The position numbers and the translations under genes are program-made. DNA of 64,000 nt from a bacterium (lineage in GTDB: Bacteria > Patescibacteriota > Minisyncoccia > Phycocordibacterales > JBBTRF01). Position 1 is the stretch's first letter. Every line of letters begins with the position of its first letter. The stretch is from contig JBAXTI010000001.1 of the NCBI GenBank assembly GCA_037130265.1, positions 98,092 through 162,091 on the forward strand, in the 5' to 3' direction. A model generated the notes under the pieces. It worked only from the letters and a program-made list of their open reading frames with translations. It ran no database searches and was not told the origin of the DNA. This document shows positions 54,465 through 64,000 of the stretch, piece by piece.

Positions 54465-54965
54465 ATGATATTTATTCAACACAAAAATCAGCAGGCGAAC
54501 GCCGGACAGAAGGCCTTCACCCTCATCGAATTGTTGGTGGTCATCGCAATCATCGGTATCTTGTCTTCGGTCGTATTGGCGAGCCTCAATACTGCGCGTG
54601 CGAAGGGAAGGGATGCACGGCGAGTGTCGGATATCAAGCAAATTCAGCTCGCGCTTGAGCTGTATGCGGATCAGAACCTTGGCAAATATCCAACAGCTCT
54701 TTCATCTGTTGCACCGACCTACATTTCGACCTTACCAAAGGACCCAAGTACGAACAACGATTATTTCTATGCCGCCCTTGGAGCCACGAGTTGTACCGGC
54801 TACCACATCGGCGGATTGCTCGAGCAGAATAATCCGGTGCTCACAGGAGACCGAGATGCGGCCGCGGCGATGTATTGTCCGGGAAGTGCAGCTGATTTTA
54901 ACGGTACAGCCAATTGTGTTGCAACTACCGGCACCGACATGTGTTTCGACGTAGCAAACCAATAA
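54465..54965 (+). CDS. Type IV pilin-like protein
   Basis: ...QKA|FTLIELLVVIAIIGIL; C-terminal Cys pair. Confidence 0.8.
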   Translation: MIFIQHKNQQANAGQKAFTLIELLVVIAIIGILSSVVLASLNTARAKGRDARRVSDIKQIQLALELYADQNLGKYPTALSSVAPTYISTLPKDPSTNNDYFYAALGATSCTGYHIGGLLEQNNPVLTGDRDAAAAMYCPGSAADFNGTANCVATTGTDMCFDVANQ

Positions 54966-54966
54966 C

Positions 54967-55836
54967 ATGTTGGCGACTGCGCTTTTGATTCCGACTCCGT
55001 TCATTGTGGCGATGTTTGTGCTCGGCATGCTGGTGGGGAGCTTTCTCAATGTGGTTGCGTTGCGGTACAACACCGGCCGCCTGCGCCAAGCGCTCTTTGG
55101 CGGCGGCCGGTCGCATTGTTTTTCCTGCGACAAGACGCTCGCGTGGTATGAGCTCGTACCTGTGGCGAGCTTCCTCACGCAGGCTGGCCGCTGTCGCGGC
55201 TGCAAGTGCCGACTCTCGTGGCAGTATCCGCTTGTCGAATTGCTCACCGGTTTTCTCTTTGTAATCGCCTTTTTGCACGAGGCAGTCGGTGCACATTCCC
55301 TCGGACTGCTCCTCGCACTCATCATTCTCTCGCTACTTGTGGTGATCGGTGTATACGACTTGAGACACAAAATCATTCCTGACGCTCTGGCGTATGCTTT
55401 TGCAGCTTTCGGCTTGGTGTACAGTGTGGCGCGGCTATTTTCGGGCCCATCCAGCCTCGAATACACCAACACGCTATTTCAAGCCCTCCCTTGGCTGCTC
55501 GCCGCTGGTCCGCTCCTGTTCCTGCCGTTCTATTTGCTCTGGAAGGTGTCTGGGGGCCGCTGGATTGGCCTTGGGGATGGAAAGCTGGCTTTGGGCATGG
55601 GCTGGTTTCTCGGCCTTTCTGGGGGCATTTCGGCTGCTGTTCTAGGGTTTTGGCTGGGGGCTTTGGTTGCTGTTTGTATACTCGCTGTGCAACGCGCTTG
55701 GCCGAAACTCGGCTCAGCGCTCAACATGAAAAGCGAGATCCCGTTTGCGCCCTTCCTCATCATTGGCACTATTCTTGTGTATGCGACCGGCGTGATGCCG
55801 ACCGACATTGTCCTCTTCATTCAGAACCTTTTTTGA
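54967..55836 (+). CDS. pilD: Prepilin peptidase (A24 family)
   Basis: N-terminal CxxC...CxxC zinc motif (HCFSCD, CRGCKC), 8 TM, catalytic Asp motifs including GLGDGK. Confidence 0.88.
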   Translation: MLATALLIPTPFIVAMFVLGMLVGSFLNVVALRYNTGRLRQALFGGGRSHCFSCDKTLAWYELVPVASFLTQAGRCRGCKCRLSWQYPLVELLTGFLFVIAFLHEAVGAHSLGLLLALIILSLLVVIGVYDLRHKIIPDALAYAFAAFGLVYSVARLFSGPSSLEYTNTLFQALPWLLAAGPLLFLPFYLLWKVSGGRWIGLGDGKLALGMGWFLGLSGGISAAVLGFWLGALVAVCILAVQRAWPKLGSALNMKSEIPFAPFLIIGTILVYATGVMPTDIVLFIQNLF

Positions 55837-55850
55837 CATACAATACAGGG

Positions 55851-56579
55851 ATGAATCGTGGGTTCACTCTCTTTGAAATGCTCGTGTCTTTGGGTATTTT
55901 CATGCTCCTGACCACCACGCTGCTGGTGAAGAATTCGCAATTCAAAGGCAATGTCGTGATCGGCAACACGGCATACCAGCTGGCTCTCGCTTTCCGTGAG
56001 GCACAATCATACGGCGTGAATGTTCGAGGTGTGGATCCGTCGACGACAGGTACTCCTACCAACTTTGTATACAATACTGCATACGGCGTGCATTTCGATT
56101 CATTGATCCCGTCTTCGTATTTGCTATTTGGCGACACGAATCCGTCGGCGTCTGGTGGCTCAGCGAATGTGGGTGATCGGCAATACACGAGCGCTCTTGG
56201 TTCCGTTGACGCCCTGGTTCGCACCTACCAGATCGGCTCCGGTACGGAAGTGGTGATGTTCTGTACGCTGCGCTCGACCGAGGTGCTGTGTAGTAACAGC
56301 GGTTCCGGGACGAGTCGACTCACTTGGCTCGATGTGAGTTTCCTCCGTCCGCAGCTTTCCGCGGCGATTCGCGATTCGTCGCAGACCGATCCAGCTTCGC
56401 AGGAGAGTATTTTATACGCTGCTTCAGCCTTGGTGGTCGTGAAAAATGCGCAAGGTATCTGCAAGGCTGTGAAGGTCACGAAGGCAGGCAGTGTTGGTGT
56501 GGTTGAAAATCCGAAGGAGTTGGACGGAGGAACCACTGGCTACGGCAAGGCAGTGATCGATTCCGGATTGTGTCCATAG
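55851..56579 (+). CDS. Minor pseudopilin (prepilin-type N-terminus)
   Basis: MNRG|FTLFEMLVSLGIFMLL. Confidence 0.75.
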   Translation: MNRGFTLFEMLVSLGIFMLLTTTLLVKNSQFKGNVVIGNTAYQLALAFREAQSYGVNVRGVDPSTTGTPTNFVYNTAYGVHFDSLIPSSYLLFGDTNPSASGGSANVGDRQYTSALGSVDALVRTYQIGSGTEVVMFCTLRSTEVLCSNSGSGTSRLTWLDVSFLRPQLSAAIRDSSQTDPASQESILYAASALVVVKNAQGICKAVKVTKAGSVGVVENPKELDGGTTGYGKAVIDSGLCP

Positions 56580-56588
56580 CAAATTTGT

Positions 56589-57116
56589 ATGAAATGTCAT
56601 TTTTCAAAACAGAATACGCAGTGCGGCTTCACACTCATCGAGATGATCGTGTCTTTGTCGCTGTTCATTTCTGTGATGACGGTGGCGGCGAGCTCAATGC
56701 TCTCGATCATTGATGCGAATCGAAAATCACAAGCGACGAACACGGCGGTAGACAATCTCAACTTCGTCATCGACAACATGTCGCGTACGTTGCGTACGGG
56801 GAAGGCGTGGGCCGTGATGCCACTGGCTGGCGGTAATTCGAAAGTCACGTTTGTACCACAGGGCAAGACGGCAACAGACCGTACTTCTTATTTTGCGGAA
56901 AATAATCAGATAAAGATACAAGTCGGCAGTGACCCGGCCGAGGCGCTAACCGATACGGCGTTGATTGTTGATGTGTTGAATTTCTCTCTAGATTCGTCGT
57001 CTACTGCCCAGCCATTTCTGCATGTACTCCTTCGGGCACATGTGAGCGACAAGGCGAAATATCGTAGTAATGTAAATATCTCCACCTCTATTAGTCAGCG
57101 AACATTAAACCGATGA
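56589..57116 (+). CDS. Minor pseudopilin
   Basis: ...QCG|FTLIEMIVSLSLF. Confidence 0.75.
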   Translation: MKCHFSKQNTQCGFTLIEMIVSLSLFISVMTVAASSMLSIIDANRKSQATNTAVDNLNFVIDNMSRTLRTGKAWAVMPLAGGNSKVTFVPQGKTATDRTSYFAENNQIKIQVGSDPAEALTDTALIVDVLNFSLDSSSTAQPFLHVLLRAHVSDKAKYRSNVNISTSISQRTLNR

Positions 57117-57712
57117 ACATGAAACGCTCACAACACGGTTTTACGTTACTCGAGACACTAGTCGCGGTGTCCTTGCTCATGTTGTCCATCGTCGGTCCAC
57201 TCACTATCGCGCAAAAGAGCGTGAAGACATCGACCTACACGAAGAATCGCACCACTGCGTATTATCTGGCCCAGGATGCGCAGGAGTTTTTGCGAAATAT
57301 TCGTGATACGAATTCGCTGGCGGGCGGGACATGGAGCACTCTTGGTGGGGTGTATGGACCTTGTGTAAACGGGAAGTGTGATGTCGACACGCAATACAGT
57401 CCGAGCCAGGTCATTTCAAATTCTGCTACGCGAGCTCAGGCTATTCAGAGTTGTGGTACGACAAATTGTCCAACACTGACTTTTGTCGACGATCCTACCG
57501 ACCTTCATAACGGATATTTTGGGCATAAGGTAGCAGTCAGCACTACTATTGTTGAAAGCCAGTATCGTCGGGAAATCACCATTACTCCATTGAATACATC
57601 ATCACCGGACAGTCGGGAATTACTCATCCGTGTCGATGTTATTTGGCATGAGGGTATCCTTGGTGGGGAAAAGAAAATTTCGTTATATGATGAAGTATAT
57701 GATTGGCAATAA
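57113..57712 (+). CDS. Minor pseudopilin
   Basis: MNMKRSQHG|FTLLETLVAVSLL. Confidence 0.75.
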   Translation: MNMKRSQHGFTLLETLVAVSLLMLSIVGPLTIAQKSVKTSTYTKNRTTAYYLAQDAQEFLRNIRDTNSLAGGTWSTLGGVYGPCVNGKCDVDTQYSPSQVISNSATRAQAIQSCGTTNCPTLTFVDDPTDLHNGYFGHKVAVSTTIVESQYRREITITPLNTSSPDSRELLIRVDVIWHEGILGGEKKISLYDEVYDWQ

Positions 57713-58268
57713 CGCACAACGAAATATGCGAGAGGGCCGCATCTCCGCAGATGGCACGCGCGGTGGCTTCACGATCTTGTATTCGTTGTTGATCATTAGT
57801 TTGCTCATCTCGATCAGCTTGGGTATTTTTGATATTGCGTTGCGTGATTTTGCACTTGCGCAGTCGGCAGCGGATTCTCAGGTGGCGTTGTTTGCGGCCG
57901 ATGCGGGCATGGAGTGTGCCTTGTACTACGACCTGAAATTCCGCGGCGGCAACCTTGCCTTTGCGACCAGTACGGTGAATCCGCAGACTTCGCTCATCCC
58001 GGCATTTTCATACGCTTGCGGAATAATGCCTATGCTGAACACCGTTACTTTTCCTTCGAACAATACGGCAATCACGACACTTACGGTGTATCTGACAATA
58101 CAGTCGGGTGTCGCTACTCCAGATACTGAAGGTCCGTGTGCGATTGTGGCCATACTTAAGAATGATAGCGGCAATTCTACTACCATCGATTCTCGCGGGT
58201 ACAACATCTGTGCCAATTCCACAGGTTCCACAAAGCGTGTTGAACGAGGATTACGCGCGAGCTACTAG
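57687..58268 (+). CDS. Minor pseudopilin-like protein (start uncertain)
   Basis: ...GTRGG|FTILYSLLIISLLISI followed by a Cys-containing globular part. Confidence 0.6.
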   Translation: MMKYMIGNNAQRNMREGRISADGTRGGFTILYSLLIISLLISISLGIFDIALRDFALAQSAADSQVALFAADAGMECALYYDLKFRGGNLAFATSTVNPQTSLIPAFSYACGIMPMLNTVTFPSNNTAITTLTVYLTIQSGVATPDTEGPCAIVAILKNDSGNSTTIDSRGYNICANSTGSTKRVERGLRASY

Positions 58269-58308
58269 GCTGGCCTCATGCCCAGTTTCCGCTATCATTC
58301 GCCTCTAA

Positions 58309-60456
<2,148 letters not shown>

Positions 60457-60514
60457 CGAATAATGTTGTCAGTGAGCGCTGAGACGATGAATGGGAGTGC
60501 CCGCCGACTTTTTT

Positions 60515-60579
60515 GAGTACCCTCGGATTTTGCATCCTTTTTGCATACTTTTGTAAGCAAAATCCGAGGGTACTTTTTT
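60515..60579. terminator. Long bidirectional hairpin terminator after ligA
   Basis: gagtaccctcggattttgc ... gcaaaatccgagggtac flanked by T-runs on both strands. Confidence 0.75.
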
Positions 60580-60607
60580 GTTCGAACTACCCCGTGCTTT
60601 TCAGTTT

Positions 60608-60649
60608 TTTCAAAATAAAAGTGCCGCGCTTCGGAGGGAAGCGCGGCAC
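60608..60649 (-). terminator. Terminator of the minus-strand small gene
   Basis: gtgccgcgcttc-ggaggg-aagcgcggcac; U-tract on the minus strand (A-run 60611-60620 on plus). Confidence 0.65.
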
Positions 60650-60670
60650 GGGAAGGTATTCCTTCGTCGA

Positions 60671-60910
60671 TTAGTTGCCGGTCTGGGCGAAGGCTCGGGC
60701 CATCGAGCCGAAGCCGCCGGGCAAGGGGTCCTGGTAGTGGAACTCGTCGGGAGCGGCAGCCTTCTTCGTGTTGGACCGCGTCGGCGCGGCGGCCTTGGTG
60801 AGAACGAAGAACTTCTCCACAATCCTCCAGTTGTGACGGGAGACTCCCTGCTTGCCTTTCGCTGCTGCGGCTTCGGCGTGTGCGATGTGCTTTTTGGCGG
60901 TAGCGCTCAT
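60671..60910 (-). CDS. Small basic Ala/Lys-rich hypothetical protein (79 aa)
   Basis: Own terminator; sits between the ligA terminator and the gatC promoter; MSATAKKHIAHAEAAAAKGKQGVSRHNWRIVEKFF... Confidence 0.5.
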   Translation of the reverse strand: MSATAKKHIAHAEAAAAKGKQGVSRHNWRIVEKFFVLTKAAAPTRSNTKKAAAPDEFHYQDPLPGGFGSMARAFAQTGN

Positions 60911-61097
60911 GCGTTTTATCCAATGTGTTTTCGAGTTGTCCCCGACAGGCTATGTCGGAAACGGTGCTGTTGCACTAGGGTAGAAGAGTACAATACTTTG
61001 CAAAAAGGCGCAACTGGGCCGGCCTGTGGATGAGGTGTCTGGCGGACGAAGGTCACCAAGGGGCGCCAGCGAAAGAGATATGCTATGATACCCGAAT

Positions 61098-61433
61098 ATG
61101 GTGGAAATCAAGGATATCGAGAAGTTGGCGGCACTCTCGCGCATCTCGCTGACGGAGGCGGAAAAGGCTCAAATGCGCACGGAAATTGAGGCGATTTTGG
61201 GCTACGTGGCCCAGATTCAAAAGGTGTCGGGCACGCCAAAAACGGCAGAGGAACGCTCCCGAGAGAAGAAAGACGAGGTGCGAAATGTGCTTCGTGAAGA
61301 CGGTGTGATTGGCGGTGCGACCGATCAGTCTGGTGCTCGCATGCACACCCCTGGCGAATATTCTGAAGCGTTGTTGGCGAATGCACCGAAGCGCGAAGGT
61401 CGCTTTGTGAAAGTGAAGAAAATTTTGTCGTAA
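61098..61433 (+). CDS. gatC: Glu/Asp-tRNA amidotransferase subunit C
   Basis: IEKLAALSRISLTEAEKAQMRTEIEAILGYVAQI typical GatC. Confidence 0.85.
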   Translation: MVEIKDIEKLAALSRISLTEAEKAQMRTEIEAILGYVAQIQKVSGTPKTAEERSREKKDEVRNVLREDGVIGGATDQSGARMHTPGEYSEALLANAPKREGRFVKVKKILS

Positions 61434-61472
61434 TAATAAAAACGCGCGTCACGCCAATACCCCAAACATCCC

Positions 61473-62939
61473 ATGAAGATCGATCTCAAAACCATCACCA
61501 TCCGCAGCGCCCATGACGCTTTTGTGAAGGGCGATTTTACCGCCACACAGCTCGCGCTGGCATATCTCGATGAGATTGCGGCGAAAAACGCCAAGATCAA
61601 TGCGTATCTCGAAGTGTTTACTGATGTGCTCGAACAAGCAAAAGAGGCAGATGTGCGAATTAAAGAAGGGAAGGGTGGTCTGCTCACCGGTATTCCAATC
61701 GCGGTGAAGGACAATATTTTAATCAAAGGTCGTCGCGCTGGTGCGGCATCGAAAATTCTCGAAGGATATGTGGCTCCATATGATGCGACTGCAATCGCGC
61801 GTTTGAAAAAAGAAGGTGTAGTCTTTATCGGCCGTGCCAACATGGACGAATTTGCGATGGGGGGTTCCAATGAAAATTCCGCGTATGGTCCTGTGCGAAA
61901 CCCACATGACGAGTCTCGCGTGTCTGGCGGTTCTTCTGGTGGTTCGGCGGCTGCTGTGGCAATGTTCGGGGCGCTCGCCGCTTTGGGTTCGGATACGGGC
62001 GGTTCGGTGCGTCAGCCGGCGAGCTTGTGCGGCGTGGTTGGATTCAAGCCGACTTACGGTGCGATCTCTCGATACGGTCTCATGGCGATGGGCTCCTCGC
62101 TCGATCAGATCGGTACGATTGCAAAAAATGCCGACGACGCACAGATTTTGTTTGATGCAATGGCTGGCCACGACGAATATGACAGCACGACATTGCCGGA
62201 GAGTGCATTTGGCGGTATTAAGAGCAACGTGGCTTCAGGTGTGGCTGGCGCAGCGAAGTCGGATGCCGTCGGTGTCAAAAAGCGCATCGGTATTCCACGA
62301 CACTTCATGAAAGAGGGAATTGACGCCGAAGTATTGGCGAATTTTGAAACGGCTGTCGCGCGATACAAAGAGCTTGGGTATGAAATTGTTGAGATTGAAT
62401 TGCCGAATATCGGATACTCGCTCGCGGTGTATTACGTGATCATGCCGGCTGAGGCGACATCGAATCTCTCGCGTTTCGACGGGGTGAAGTACGGCGCACT
62501 GAAAGAGGGAAACGACCTGCTCGCCGACTATCTCCGCACTCGCACAGAGGGTTTTGGCAAGGAAGTGCGTCGCCGTATCATGATGGGCAACTATATCTTG
62601 TCTTCTGGCTACTACGAAGCGTATTATTCCAAAGCCAACCTCGTGCGCGACATGATCAAGGCCGATTTCGTTGAGGCATTCAAAAAAGTGGATTTTATTT
62701 TGACTCCGACTTCGCCAGTGCCCGCTTTCAAGATTGGCGAAAAATCCTCCGACCCATTGCAGATGTACTTGGCTGACATTTTCACTGTCACCGCCAACCT
62801 TGTAGGTGTGCCAGCGATCTCGATTCCTTCTGGTTTCGTTGAGAAAGAAGGGAAACAGCTCCCGCTTGGTATCCAGCTCATGGCACCGCACAAGGCCGAC
62901 GCTTCACTTTTCCACTGCGCCAAAGATTTCCTCGCGTAG
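61473..62939 (+). CDS. gatA: Glu/Asp-tRNA amidotransferase subunit A (amidase)
   Basis: Amidase signature GGSSGGSAAAVA, KDN... catalytic Ser-cisSer-Lys triad context. Confidence 0.92.
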   Translation: MKIDLKTITIRSAHDAFVKGDFTATQLALAYLDEIAAKNAKINAYLEVFTDVLEQAKEADVRIKEGKGGLLTGIPIAVKDNILIKGRRAGAASKILEGYVAPYDATAIARLKKEGVVFIGRANMDEFAMGGSNENSAYGPVRNPHDESRVSGGSSGGSAAAVAMFGALAALGSDTGGSVRQPASLCGVVGFKPTYGAISRYGLMAMGSSLDQIGTIAKNADDAQILFDAMAGHDEYDSTTLPESAFGGIKSNVASGVAGAAKSDAVGVKKRIGIPRHFMKEGIDAEVLANFETAVARYKELGYEIVEIELPNIGYSLAVYYVIMPAEATSNLSRFDGVKYGALKEGNDLLADYLRTRTEGFGKEVRRRIMMGNYILSSGYYEAYYSKANLVRDMIKADFVEAFKKVDFILTPTSPVPAFKIGEKSSDPLQMYLADIFTVTANLVGVPAISIPSGFVEKEGKQLPLGIQLMAPHKADASLFHCAKDFLA

Positions 62940-62960
62940 GTTTGATACAATAGGGAGGAA

Positions 62961-63701
62961 ATGAACCCTCTGTTTTCTTTTTTGCAAGCAGCTGCCGGAG
63001 CCGCAAGTGCATCGGGTGCTGAAGTGCCACGACTCCCAAGTCTTTCGTTTGAAGATATTTTTATTTGGATTATCAACTTCTTTTTCGATATTGCTGGTGC
63101 CGATTATCAGCAGACAGTTGAAACTCTTGTCTTTGCTGCGCGATTCTTCTCTATCTTCCTCTCGCTTCTTTTCATTGTTGGTACGATTTACGCCAAGATG
63201 CAGGCGAAGCAGATTGAGATTCGCCGACATCATCGTGCGGCGCCAAAGAAGAAGCATGCTAAGGCTGCCGAAGGTGGCGCTCCACACGCCTCTGGGGCCC
63301 ATGGCGGACCGGCCAATCTGCCGACTGGAATTCCTGCTGGGTTGCCGGTCTTTGATGAATCAGCCGAGGTCGCAAAAAAGGCACGCAACAACGAGCGCTG
63401 GGCTGCTGTCCTAGAAAATGTCGGGTCAGCAAGCGATTCCGATTGGCGTTTGGCGATTCTCGAGGCGGATATTATTTTGGATGATATGTTGAAAGGTATG
63501 GGGACGTTTGGTGACACTGTTGCGGAGCGACTGAAGTCGGTGAATGAACACACGATACCGAGCGTACAGAAGGCATGGGAGGCACATTTGGTGCGCAATC
63601 GCATTGCACATGACGGTGCCAATTTTGCCCTATCACAGCATGAAGCGCGTCGCATTATCGGGTTGTTTGAGACGGTGTTGAAAGAGGGGAGGTTTCTTTA
63701 G
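62961..63701 (+). CDS. Hypothetical membrane protein where gatB would be expected
   Basis: Two or three N-terminal TM segments, His/Ala/Gly-rich linker, about 110-aa soluble C-terminal domain. Confidence 0.5.
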   Translation: MNPLFSFLQAAAGAASASGAEVPRLPSLSFEDIFIWIINFFFDIAGADYQQTVETLVFAARFFSIFLSLLFIVGTIYAKMQAKQIEIRRHHRAAPKKKHAKAAEGGAPHASGAHGGPANLPTGIPAGLPVFDESAEVAKKARNNERWAAVLENVGSASDSDWRLAILEADIILDDMLKGMGTFGDTVAERLKSVNEHTIPSVQKAWEAHLVRNRIAHDGANFALSQHEARRIIGLFETVLKEGRFL

Positions 63702-64000
63702 GGTTTCTTCATGAATCCTCACAGATTTCTTGATTCGGTCTCTATTCCGTGGTATCCTAACTTTTGTCTAGGGAAGATGTTCCGGACATCTATCGCGGGG
63801 TAGAGAAGCAGTAACTCGCAAGGCTCAAATTTTAGGGCTCATTACTGAGTAATTGGTAATTGATAACTTGTCAAATTCGGTGAAACCTCGGCCTCTCAAT
63901 TTTGAGGGAAGGTGGCAATACCGAGCCAAGCCGAGAACGATCTCGGAAGGTGTAGAGACTAGATGGCAGGCTTCCGCAACGACGCTCAAGTGTCAGCGGA

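Overview
This window looks like a Candidate Phyla Radiation (Patescibacteria)-like bacterial chromosome segment, about 50% GC, compact, standard genetic code (TAA/TGA/TAG all used as stops). The conserved backbone is fusA(partial)-tuf-S10/spc ribosomal superoperon (rpsJ...rplO, with no rpmD/L30 between rpsE and rplO)-secY-adk-map, then ndk, a sortase, NYN and beta-CASP RNases, an infC-rpmI-rplT operon, a D-Ala-D-Ala carboxypeptidase, dinD, smpB plus tmRNA, ftsH, tRNA-Ile(UAU), recG, ung, two tandem tRNA-Ser genes, comFC, a complete secretin-less type IV pilus locus (pilMNOB-REC-pilTC, 4 pilins, pilD, 4 minor pseudopilins), ligA, and gatCA. Several accessory insertions sit inside this backbone. 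(1) A 7.2 kb cassette follows map where infA-rpmJ-rpsM-rpsK-rpsD-rpoA-rplQ normally lie. It has its own consensus promoter and terminators and encodes a GC-rich 502-aa protein, a 763-aa Pro-linker protein, a 122-aa helical protein and a 918-aa soluble HerA/VirB4/VirD4-superfamily (IDPHG-motif) ATPase. This is the strongest candidate for an undescribed system. (2) Two type II toxin-antitoxin pairs are embedded in the translation operons: Phd/RelE between fusA and tuf, and DinJ/YafQ between rplB and rpsS. (3) A 64-nt structured RNA element with compensatory stem changes occurs twice, immediately after fusA and after secY. (4) The tRNA set is unusual: Ile-UAU, Ser-ACU with A34 next to Ser-GCU, and a Bro-N gene with a decayed duplicate adjacent to the tRNAs. 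All calls are from reading the sequence and ORF translations; no database searches were run.
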